Shown one piece after another: positions 39,119-48,769 of a DNA stretch of 64,000 nucleotides (the first letter of the stretch is position 1; each line of letters opens with the position of its first letter). Under the pieces are notes generated by a model. The model ran no database searches. It was given only the letters and a program-made list of their open reading frames with translations, and was not told the origin of the DNA. The translations under genes were made by a program, and so were the position numbers. The stretch is taken from positions 681 through 64,680 of the forward strand of contig CAXTFT010000001.1 of assembly GCA_964243585.1 (NCBI GenBank). The letters run 5' to 3'. This stretch comes from an uncultured Terriglobus sp. GTDB taxonomy: Bacteria > Acidobacteriota > Terriglobia > Terriglobales > Acidobacteriaceae.

Positions 39119-39787
39119 ATGATCTCGATCTATCAACGGGCTCTGGGATCGGATTTCAAGAAGCTGCACCCACGCATTCAGGAGAGGTTCTCGCTCACCT
39201 CCGAGAGCGGCTTCGCTTTCCGCGGAACCGGCACCATGGACACACTTTGGCATGGCGCGGCTTACACCTTACCGTTCCTGTACATAGGAACGTGGCGTTC
39301 GATCATGTTTCCGGAGAGCGGCTGCAATGTGCCGTTCACGATCCAGAACTACGCCTATGTGGATTCGCTCGGTCGTGAAACGGTCACCTGGGTGCGCACC
39401 TTCGCAACTGGCAAACAACGACGCTTCGACGCGTACATGATCTGGAGCGAAGAACGAGGCTGCATCGTCGACTACCTGGGAACTCACCAACATCTGGCGG
39501 TGGACCTGGAGCTTAGCCTTGCGGAGAACGGCGGCTTGCAGATCCGGTCAACCGAGCAGCGCTTCTACGAAGGACCAGTTGCCTTCCGCTTTCCTATGTT
39601 CTTCTCAGGGTCCGCAAACGTTTGCGAGTGGTACGACGACACGTCAGGGTGCTTCCGGATCAGTGTCAGTGCTGAGAATTCACGCTGGGGCAAGCTGTTC
39701 GGCTATAGCGGCAGCTTTCAGTCGGAGCAAGTGGATTCTCAAGTGCCAGCAGATATCCTGCCCTTACGCGTCGAGAGGCGGGAGTGA
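39119..39787 (+). CDS. DUF4166 domain protein (YndH-like)
   Basis: SIYQRALGSDFKKLHPRIQERF, GRETVTWVRTF, RRFDAYM, DYLGTHQH, EWYDD, LFGYSGSF. Confidence 0.8.
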   Translation: MISIYQRALGSDFKKLHPRIQERFSLTSESGFAFRGTGTMDTLWHGAAYTLPFLYIGTWRSIMFPESGCNVPFTIQNYAYVDSLGRETVTWVRTFATGKQRRFDAYMIWSEERGCIVDYLGTHQHLAVDLELSLAENGGLQIRSTEQRFYEGPVAFRFPMFFSGSANVCEWYDDTSGCFRISVSAENSRWGKLFGYSGSFQSEQVDSQVPADILPLRVERRE

Positions 39788-40025
39788 CCCGTCCAGAGTG
39801 TTTGGCGGCTTGAGTCAACGCAGCCTCGGGCCCATGCTGCCGAGTTGAGTGCATCAAATCCACATACAGCAAAGCCAGTTTGGCGGACATGCGCTGTGAA
39901 GGGTTCTTGGTCCGTAGCAAGCGCGTTAGGCAATGCGATCAACAGTGAACATAAGCGAGTTTCCAAGCGCATGAGCGCAGCCAATAGGAGCCAAGGTGTG
40001 TGTGGTTTGTTACGGGACCTGAAAC

Positions 40026-41453
40026 TCAATGGTAAAGCGTTGCGTCCCTGATCTCTGCATCTTCGCCTGAATACTTGAGCAGCTCGAGGAGCTGGCCCTT
40101 CAACTCCTTTGCTACTGCAAGGTACTCTTTGCGTCCGGCGAGATTTGTTAGTTCGTGGGGATCATTGCGCTGGTCATACATCTGCCACTCCATGTAGGTA
40201 GGGCTTGAAGCCTTTTTTGCACCGGAAATGTCTGCAACGCAGTAGGTCCAATCCTTAGTGCGCAGAGTGCGTGCTGTCATGCTTTCACTGATCTGTACCA
40301 GGTGCTTGTTGGGCCAGGCCTTGCGCGCTTCTATCCCGTCGAGCAGAGGAAGCACATTGTGTCCCTTCCATGAAGGCGGCGTTGCAACACCCACGGCCTG
40401 CAGCAGCGTTGGTGCAAAGTCGATAATGCCGACCAGTTCATCGATGCGCTGCGAACGGTTGAAGCCGGGCCCGTCGATGATGAACGGCACACGCAGGCTG
40501 CTGTTGTGGGTGGAGCGCTTGTACTCCTGGTTGCGCGTCATGAAGTGGCAGCCATGGTCAGAGAAGAAGACGAAGATGGTGTTGTCTTTCTGGCCTGTCT
40601 CCTCCAGTACCTTGTGCAGCCGCCCGACAGAGGTGTCGATGCTTTCGCAGCAACCGTAATAGTCGGGTAATTGCTGATGCCAGTCGCCGGGAAAGGCACG
40701 CAGGTCAGGAGGAACATGTGCGTTGCTGAATCGCTCTGCGGAGCCTTTGGGACCCACCATGCGGTTCAAGTCGTTCTGCTGATGCGGTTCAAGCTGCGAG
40801 ACGAAGAGGAAGAAAGGCTTGTCATGCTTGGCACGTAGAAACTTCTCCGCGCGGTCGGTGATGAAGTCGACACGGTACTGGTCCTTGTAGCGAATCTCCT
40901 TCGCATCGCGGTCGTAGATGGTGCCTTCATAAGGGTGCGTTGTATGTTCGAGTGCGTTGGAGCCTTCCCAAAGATCATCGAAACCGCCGCGCCATTGGTG
41001 TGCAACTGGACCAGGTCCTCCGCCTAGCCCCTGACCGGGAGCGAGATGCCACTTACCAATCAGGTTGCTTGTGTAACCTGCCTTCCGCAGCTCGCCCGCC
41101 AGCGTGGGCAGGTCCTGCTTCATGCCGGGACCGTTGTGCCAGACTTCTGTTTCCGTTGCGTACCGGCTGGTAAACAGCACCGAGCGTGAGGGCGCGCAAA
41201 CAGGCTGGTTGGTAATGCACTGTGTGAAGTTTGTACCGCGCTCCACCATCGCATCCAGGTTGGGCGTCTTGGTGGAACTATTTGCGCCGTTCGCTCCGAC
41301 AAAGTCCCAACGGAACTGATCGGAAAGGTACAGGATGATGTTCGGCTTTTGCCCTTGTACCGGTGTGCCCTGTGCTTCAGCACCAGCCTGCAGTACGGCG
41401 CCAGTAGCGGCAGCAGCAAGGCTGCCGGAACGTAGGAAGTCTCTGCGGTTCAT
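40026..41453 (-). CDS. Tat-exported Cys-type sulfatase
   Basis: MNRRDFL Tat signal; PNIILYLSDQ, CAPSR (CxPxR), GKWHL, SDHG, DFAPT, DPHELTNL. Confidence 0.93.
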   Translation of the reverse strand: MNRRDFLRSGSLAAAATGAVLQAGAEAQGTPVQGQKPNIILYLSDQFRWDFVGANGANSSTKTPNLDAMVERGTNFTQCITNQPVCAPSRSVLFTSRYATETEVWHNGPGMKQDLPTLAGELRKAGYTSNLIGKWHLAPGQGLGGGPGPVAHQWRGGFDDLWEGSNALEHTTHPYEGTIYDRDAKEIRYKDQYRVDFITDRAEKFLRAKHDKPFFLFVSQLEPHQQNDLNRMVGPKGSAERFSNAHVPPDLRAFPGDWHQQLPDYYGCCESIDTSVGRLHKVLEETGQKDNTIFVFFSDHGCHFMTRNQEYKRSTHNSSLRVPFIIDGPGFNRSQRIDELVGIIDFAPTLLQAVGVATPPSWKGHNVLPLLDGIEARKAWPNKHLVQISESMTARTLRTKDWTYCVADISGAKKASSPTYMEWQMYDQRNDPHELTNLAGRKEYLAVAKELKGQLLELLKYSGEDAEIRDATLYH

Positions 41454-41483
41454 TGCGTTGTGACCTTTCACTAAGCGTGCGAA

Positions 41484-43215
41484 CTAATAGTAGAACTTCA
41501 GGCTGAACTGGATCTGCCGTGGGTCGTTCGGGTTACCGCGGGTGCTGCTGATCTGTGCAAACGTCGCGGGCGACGTGAAGTTAAGGTTGCCGGGCTGTGC
41601 AAAGTTGGGCGTGTTTGTCAGGTTGAAGGTTTCTGCACGGAACTCGAAGTAGCGGGCTTCACTCAGCGCAAAGCGACGAAACACAGACAGGTCCAAACGC
41701 CTGAAAGCCGGTCCGAAAACCTGCGCAGGTGGACCGCCAAGATTGCCCGTTGCCGGATTGGCAAACGCCGCAGGGTTCAGAAACTGCGCTACGCGGTTTG
41801 AACCGGTGTACAGCGACTGGCCGGGTACCTTGAGCGCGAAGCAGCCCAGCCCTGCCGCAGTGGTTGTCGAGCAGGCTACAGAAAGCGGCTGTCCGTCTTG
41901 TGCGGCAAGAATCCAGTTCGTCGACTATCCACCGGCAAGTGCAGACGCAAAGCCATGCTGCAGCAGCGGCTTGTTCCTGCCGAACGGCAGCTCGTAGCTG
42001 CCGCTGGCATGGATGATACGTCGGACGTCGATATCGCAGGGCGCGTAGTCGGCATTGATGCCGAAGCCCTGCACATATGGGGCGCGGTAGCCGCCCACGC
42101 CGTTGTCCAGCAGGTCGCGCGCGGTGCCCAGGCACTTGGACCAGGTGAAGTTGTTATCAGGCTGAAGCCGTGGCCAAAGCGGTGCTCCACGCCCGCCTGC
42201 AACGAGTTGTAATTGGTCGCTGCAGCGCGTGCGTTGTAATTACCGCCCGGTGCAAACCCCGGAAAGAAGGAGCTGGTACGCACATTCGCCGTCGGCGCCA
42301 GGATGGTACCAACAGTGTTGGTGCTGTAAGAAGACTGTACATGCCTGCTGTCGCTGCCCACGTACCCGGCGAAGGCAATGGTGTCTGGCGTGATCTGGTA
42401 TTGAACCTGCAGGTTGAATGCCTGGCTATAGGTAGTCTTTGGGTAGCGTGGCTCACCGAACAGGGAGAGCGCGCCGAGAGCAGCGTTGGCCGAGGTAAGC
42501 GGTACGTTCTGCAGACCCTGTGTAAGCGGGCCGACCGAGTTGTCTGCCGTGACAGGTGCAACAGAGCTGCCCGCGGTGTAGCTGCTGGTGATCTGAAATG
42601 GGTAGTTCACCCAAGGACTGATGCTCAGGCCGTGGTTCTCATAGCCCTGGTAAAACAAGCCGTATCCAGCACGCAGAACAAGCCTGGGCGACGCCTGGAA
42701 TGAGAAGCCGACACGCGGCGCGAAGTTTCCTTTTTGTGCATAGCCCAACACGTTATCTCGCATGGGTGTGAACGCGATGCCGTTGGAAGCAAGTAGCGTT
42801 TGGAAGGCGACGGGCACATTGCCCACCTGCTTTTCCGGCATGTAGAACCGCGAGACGTTGTCCTTTGTGTCACCGGTTTGCGCGGGCACAAAGTTTGCAA
42901 AGCGTCCGTCTGTCTCGGTGGGTACACCGAGAAACTCCCAACGCAGGCCATAATTCAGCGTCAGGCTTGGAGTCGCCTTCCAACTGTCCTGCACGTAAGC
43001 GCCAAGGTACTGGCGCACCAGGTTGAAGATAGGCGAGTAACTGGACGCGGACACGGTATTCGATCCGCCCAGCCCACGCATCGTTCCCGCTTGCGGCGTC
43101 AGTGGTGCAAGTACGAACTGTGCACGATCTGTTGATGCGTCTGTGTTTGCAACGATGGAGGTGTAGATGCCGTTGTTCGTAAAGTTGCCGCGTGATGTGG
43201 ACGGCGTCAGCGTGT
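41484..43215 (-). pseudogene. Pseudogenised TonB-dependent receptor (C-terminal barrel only)
   Basis: YVQDSWKATPSLTLNYGLRWEF, FAPRVGF, C-terminal PRQIQFSLKFYY. 1-bp deletion at ~42153, in-frame TAG at 41925-41927, N-terminal half absent. Confidence 0.88.
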
Positions 43216-43852
43216 GTCCACCTGCGCGTGCATAACGACCGGAAAGAAAAGAGTGGCGCTGAAGATTGTTGGAAGGCGACGAGCGCAAAGTGCAGCGATG
43301 CGGTGATGTTCCGCAAAGAAGGGCATAGACAAGCCTCTCAGAATTTACGGTATGCGATTGGGCTGTGGGCGACACATGCTGCACAAGCGACGATGGTTCT
43401 CGAATGAACGTTCTCGACTAAACTCGTGGAACTATCAACAACAACTTATGTGCAAAGCGGAATCTCGCGCTGTCACCGTGGAGGCAACGGCGGCACGAAC
43501 CTTGGGGTGGTTGTGTAAGAGATCCATTTGAGGAATGCTAGCCTATCGTTTGCCACACAGCAAGTTGAAGGCAGATCGTTCGTAAATGGCGACGCTCCAT
43601 GCGCGCTGCTGGTTTTGTTGGTGCTGTTACTCGAAAGCTGATGCAACTAACTTCGTTCCTGGATCTGGAAGGTACGCGTTCGCCGAGCGGGATCCATTAC
43701 GGCGCGTGGCGTACCTTAACTTCTATCGCTTGATCTTTGCTTCGGCACTTGTACCCACAATTCGCTTTGCATCGTGTCCAAGTACCTTGCAAGGAGACAC
43801 TGATTGTCAAAACACGCTACTATGCGCCTGTTCAAGTCTGCCCGGAGATGTT

Positions 43853-46800
43853 ATGAGTCGTTCCAGCCCGATTGTTGTAGGAAGCCTGTTGTTAAGTCGA
43901 ACCTTTATTTGCGCCGGGACTCTCGCATTTCTTCCATCCCTGACCTGGAGCCAGAGCACAACGGCTTCTTTACGTGGAACAGTGTCGGACACGTCCGGCG
44001 CAGTGATTCCAACTGCAGAGGTAATCCTCACTTCCATCGATACTGCTCAGCAACGCACGCAGCACTCTGATCCTCGCGGGGAGTTTTCTTTCCAAGGAGT
44101 TTTCGTCGGCGACTACCGAGTCGAAATTCGTGTGCCTGGCTTTGCGATTTGGGCGAGCAACCATGTCCATCTGGATGTAGGAAACCAGTCACAACTTGTT
44201 GTTCAGCTTGTCCCGGCCTCAATGCAGCAGACGATTGAAGTCTCAGCCGCAGCTGCCCGGCTTCAGGCGAATGAAATGGCGCAGGGAGCGGTCGTAAGTG
44301 ATCGCGAGATCGCGGACCTGCCGCTGAACGGACGCAATTTCAGCCAACTCGGCATTCTTCAACCCGGCGTTAGACCAGCGTCGGCAAGCCTTTCTGTGCA
44401 GGGCAGCTTCCGCCGCGCCGGCCAGAACTATGAGGTGAACGGGCAAAGGCCAGAGTCGAACACCTTTCTTGTCGATGGGATGCGTGACGTGAACCGCATG
44501 GACGGTGGTTATGCGTTTCGACCGCCGGCCGATGCAATGGCAGAATTCCGCATCCTCACATCTACAGCTCCGGCTGAGTTCGGCGGTACCAACGGCGGCA
44601 TTACCACAATAGTTACACGCTCCGGAACTAACCACCTGCACGGGACGGCATATGAGTTTCTGCGCAATGACCGCCTCAACGCGAACAATTACTTTGCTCC
44701 AACAAAAGAGCGCCTGAAGCAGAATCAGTTTGGCGGAACAGCTGGGGGGCCAGTCTTACGCGACCGCGCGTACTTCTTCAGTTATTACGAGGGAATTCGT
44801 ACCATCCAGGACATCACGCATGGAGTAATTGTGCCTACCCTTGCTGAGCGCAACGGCGACTTTTCAGCGGATGCCCCCATTCTCTTAAATTCCACAAGAA
44901 CACGCTTTACCAATAATCTCGCGGGGCAGATCAGCCCGATCACGGAACGGTATCTCAGATACTTTCCTGTCCCAAACACTCCACTAAATCCGCACCTGGC
45001 TCAAACGACCAACAAGAGCCGGTACAACAGCGATCAAGGCGGCGTGAAAGCGGATTGGCTTATCGGCTCCTCGGACGTCTTGAGCGCCCGTTATAGCTAC
45101 TCCACGTTGGAGTTGCTCAGTCCCTACTCCGAGCTGGGCGCCGACGCGCCTGGTTTTCCTGTTGGTTATCTAACGAACACGCACCTGGCCGGCGTAACGG
45201 CGACGCATACCTTCTCACAACGTACGGTGTTCACGGGCAACATCAGCTTTCTTCAGAACCACATCGTGCTGGACAAACGCTTGTCCGGCTTCTCGCCTCA
45301 GGCTTTCGGGTTTACGTATGCTTCTACCCGGGCTGAGGCAACGGGTGCTCCTCTTATCATGACGCAGGGCTTCTCCAACGTCGGCGATCCGATCATCAAC
45401 CCGCGCGATACCGTGCAGAACGATTACGCAGTCAGCGGCAATCTAGCGCACACGCAGGGCCGGCACGTTACCAGCCTCGGCGCACAGTTCCGCAGGACGC
45501 AACTCAACGGCTACCAGGCAAACTTTGCGTCAGGCTCTTTCAGCTTTACCGTTCAGGGTATGACGAACAACGCTTTGGCGAATTTCCTGCTCGGCAGGCC
45601 GGACATCTTTACGCAAGCCGGGGGTGACTTTACGCGCGATCTGCGTGGATGGGAGTTGGGCGCTTACCTGCAGGACGCATACCGTGTCAGCCCCAGGCTG
45701 ACACTCAACTACGGCGTGCGGTATGAAATCACGACCCCGTTTCGGGACATACACAATCGCCTGATGGCGTTTACGCCGGGGCAGCAGTCTACCGTGCATC
45801 CCAACGCACCGACCGGCCTGCTTTTTCCAGGCGACCCCGGCATACCAGATACGATCGCTCCCGTTTTCAAGGGCGATATTGCACCCCGTGTCGGCTTTGC
45901 GTGGGACACGCGGGGCAACAGTCAAACCGTAGTGCGAGCCGCCTACGGCATCTTCTACGATCAGCTTCTCAACGGTGTCGGCATGCCGATGAGGGCTGCA
46001 AGCTCGGCGCTTCCCAACACGGTCGTCCGCACGCTTACCGGCAACATTAACTACATCAATCCGACGGCAAGCGTCAGCGATCCCTTTTCGCCGGGGCAGT
46101 TTGCACTGCCGGCGTCCACGTTTACGATTGATCGCGGCCTGCTTCCGCCGTACACCCAAGGCTGGAATCTTTCTGTGGATCAGGGTTTTGAAGATCAGGT
46201 GCTTTCCATCGCCTATGTCGGTGCAAAAGGGACTCGCCTGCCCAGGCTCGTGGAAGCGAACCCGGCAATCTATCAACCCGGATCAACACTTGCAAACTCC
46301 GGACGACGTCGCCTCTACTCCGGCTGCACACTTACGACTGGTACTTGTCAGCTGGGCACGGCCGGTATTGTCCAGGGCAATGCCAATTCAAGCTTCCATT
46401 CGGCGCAGGTCTCACTTACACGCCGTGGTGCGCCAAACCTCAACTACACGCTTGCTTACACCTTCTCAAAGGATCTGGATTATTCCTCAAGCCTCCATAT
46501 GTCGGGACCAGCGCCGTGGCTCATGCTGGGGGAACTCGACATACCACAGAACAACCAGAACTTAAAAGCGGAGTACGGCAGATCACTCTTCGATTCACGT
46601 CATCGCTTTGCTGGGAGCTTAACCTACAGCCTTCCATTCGCTCACCGTCTAAGAGGCGTCTCCGGCACTTTGCTCGACAGTTGGCAGGTCTCAGGTCTAC
46701 TCGCCCTGAACTCCAGTACGCCTTTTACTGTCTACGACTCTGCGAATGTTTCTCTCCAGGCTCCACACCCAGGGGTCTCAGGTATGTTTGGGGACCGCCC

Positions 46801-47146
46801 AAATGTTATCGGCGATCCCAATCGAGGCGCACCGCATACCATCGCGCGGTGGGTCTCCAGTTCGGCTTTTCAGCGCCTCGATCCTGTTGCTAATGCTGGT
46901 CAGTTCGGCAATGAGCGACGTAACTCAGTAGACGGGCCGGCTTACGGGAGCCTGGACGGGACGATTAGCAAAGGCTTTAAGGTTGCAGAACAGACAAAGC
47001 TGGTCTTCCGAATCGACGCCTTTAATCTAACCAACCATGCAAACCTGATCACGCCTGTTGACGATATTAACTCGCCTGTTTTTGGACAGATCATCGAAGC
47101 TCAAGCGCCGCGAATTCTTCAGCTTGCTTTGAAGTTGCAGCACTAA
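43853..47146 (+). CDS. TonB-dependent receptor, Oar-like
   Basis: Start MSRSSPIVV; LRGTVSDTSGAVIP, LPLNGRNF, YLQDAYRV..LTLNYGVRYE, IAPRVGFAW, PRILQLALKLQH. Confidence 0.92.
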   Translation: MSRSSPIVVGSLLLSRTFICAGTLAFLPSLTWSQSTTASLRGTVSDTSGAVIPTAEVILTSIDTAQQRTQHSDPRGEFSFQGVFVGDYRVEIRVPGFAIWASNHVHLDVGNQSQLVVQLVPASMQQTIEVSAAAARLQANEMAQGAVVSDREIADLPLNGRNFSQLGILQPGVRPASASLSVQGSFRRAGQNYEVNGQRPESNTFLVDGMRDVNRMDGGYAFRPPADAMAEFRILTSTAPAEFGGTNGGITTIVTRSGTNHLHGTAYEFLRNDRLNANNYFAPTKERLKQNQFGGTAGGPVLRDRAYFFSYYEGIRTIQDITHGVIVPTLAERNGDFSADAPILLNSTRTRFTNNLAGQISPITERYLRYFPVPNTPLNPHLAQTTNKSRYNSDQGGVKADWLIGSSDVLSARYSYSTLELLSPYSELGADAPGFPVGYLTNTHLAGVTATHTFSQRTVFTGNISFLQNHIVLDKRLSGFSPQAFGFTYASTRAEATGAPLIMTQGFSNVGDPIINPRDTVQNDYAVSGNLAHTQGRHVTSLGAQFRRTQLNGYQANFASGSFSFTVQGMTNNALANFLLGRPDIFTQAGGDFTRDLRGWELGAYLQDAYRVSPRLTLNYGVRYEITTPFRDIHNRLMAFTPGQQSTVHPNAPTGLLFPGDPGIPDTIAPVFKGDIAPRVGFAWDTRGNSQTVVRAAYGIFYDQLLNGVGMPMRAASSALPNTVVRTLTGNINYINPTASVSDPFSPGQFALPASTFTIDRGLLPPYTQGWNLSVDQGFEDQVLSIAYVGAKGTRLPRLVEANPAIYQPGSTLANSGRRRLYSGCTLTTGTCQLGTAGIVQGNANSSFHSAQVSLTRRGAPNLNYTLAYTFSKDLDYSSSLHMSGPAPWLMLGELDIPQNNQNLKAEYGRSLFDSRHRFAGSLTYSLPFAHRLRGVSGTLLDSWQVSGLLALNSSTPFTVYDSANVSLQAPHPGVSGMFGDRPNVIGDPNRGAPHTIARWVSSSAFQRLDPVANAGQFGNERRNSVDGPAYGSLDGTISKGFKVAEQTKLVFRIDAFNLTNHANLITPVDDINSPVFGQIIEAQAPRILQLALKLQH

Positions 47147-47182
47147 GGTAAGGTGATTCGCGCTTCTCGGTTCCATTCCAGG

Positions 47183-47203
47183 ATGCAGCCACTGTGGCTG
47201 CAT
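47183..47203 (+). terminator. 9-bp hairpin downstream of the TBDR
   Basis: atgcagcca-ctg-tggctgcat, about 36 nt after the stop. Confidence 0.35.
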
Positions 47204-47441
47204 GGTTGGGAGAATAACCAGGAGCCGAAATTGTCACAAGTTCAAGTACGGAACGCTCAGGCCCTTTCTGATCTCTAGTTTCTTCTGGGATCGGATGGAC
47301 ACCTTGGTACCGCTCTCACACATTCTCCCAGACGAGATACAGCACGTTAGGCCCAAACCAGAACGCGAGGGCATCAACAAGGTCCTGAATCACCGCGAAT
47401 GGATGCCGCTTACGAAGTAGCCTGAAGCATGGAGACATGCT

Positions 47442-48095
47442 ATGCGGGCACGAAGGTCTTTACTGCTCCTTGCGGCAGCTGGGTTTTTCACGTTAGCCGG
47501 TTGCCAAAATGTGTATCGAGTCATTGACTCAAATGCTGCAGGCGGTAGTACAACCGCGCCGGTTCCGGTTCCGGTGCCGACTCCGGCGCTGGCCACTCTG
47601 AGTCCCGAGCTAAACGCATCGTCCATGTTCATAGGCGCTTCGATCATCAATCGCTGGCCACTACCAGTGCACAATGGAGGTATTCCGGGGCAAACAAGCA
47701 GTCAGGTACTGCAGCGTTTCCCAATCGACGTTCTGCACCATGGGTATGCCCGGGTAATCATCCAAGTGGGCAGCAACGACATTCTGCAGCAGGTGAAGGA
47801 TCCGTCAAGCACAGTATCATCCAATCTTGCATTCATGGGACAAGAGGCACGTGCTGCCAACATCGACGTGGTGGTGATTTCACTAGCGCCAATCACGTGG
47901 GGTGGCATGAACCTCGATGAGTCCTCAAGCGCGGTGAATGTGAAACTTCACGAACTTGCAACGGCACAGGGCTATCACTACGTGGATGTGTTCACGCCCA
48001 TGCAAGGGCATCCGGAATATTTTGTCGATGGATTGCACCCGAATGTTGATGGCTACGCAGTGATAGAGAACGCTCTTGCACGGGTGTTGAAGTAG
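47442..48095 (+). CDS. SGNH/GDSL hydrolase lipoprotein
   Basis: Lipobox LAGC, Pro-rich linker, FIGASI, GIPGQTS, GSND, DGLHP. Confidence 0.85.
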   Translation: MRARRSLLLLAAAGFFTLAGCQNVYRVIDSNAAGGSTTAPVPVPVPTPALATLSPELNASSMFIGASIINRWPLPVHNGGIPGQTSSQVLQRFPIDVLHHGYARVIIQVGSNDILQQVKDPSSTVSSNLAFMGQEARAANIDVVVISLAPITWGGMNLDESSSAVNVKLHELATAQGYHYVDVFTPMQGHPEYFVDGLHPNVDGYAVIENALARVLK

Positions 48096-48769
48096 TAGAA
48101 AGTGTTGGCTCCTGAACGAGCATCATAGCGGGACACGCCCGCCTTTGCTGCTCTGAACGTAAGGCTCAGAAGCTGTCGAAAAGCGGTATCAAGCTACAGC
48201 CCTACGTCGTAGCGTTCCAGACGTGTAGCCTGTCGCGGCTCTGACCTATGTCCTGACGCGAGGAGATGTCAGGAAAAAGCCTCTGGAACCGTCTGACGGA
48301 ACCGAACACCCTAAAGTGTAAACATGAGCGCGCATGTCACTGCATTTGTGATACGTTACCACCATGTTGTACCTCGCCACGCTACGTTGTTGTTGCGCCT
48401 GATCTAGCTGTTCCGGGCGGATGTGTCCCATATCGGGATCTCCAGGTGAGTAGAGAGCATGTCTATGTGACGGCTGATTCGCGTCACACGCACTCCATTC
48501 CATTTCTCATTGATCTGCATTTCCACTCACCCGAAACGGTGCTGCCAGCATGCGCGTCATGACACCGCCCTCATTCCTTCATGTACAACGAAAGGTCTGC
48601 ATGGAAAAGGCTTCGTTCCTTATGCGTCTCCGCTTCTCGTACACCGTTGTGCTTCTGGAGGTTTTCGCCGGAGGACTGCGTAAGCGTTACCACTCGCAAC
48701 GTAAGTCGACGCTCCACGGTGCCAACGCTGCGTAGCTGCCGGGTCTGCTTGCCTTCAGAAAGAGTTCCA

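Noticed and set aside
47202-47420. 72-aa ORF between the TBDR and SGNH genes
   Set aside because: No RBS, motif or recognisable homology
47555-47590. ccggtt-type microrepeat
   Set aside because: Encodes the PVPVPVPTP lipoprotein linker; ordinary
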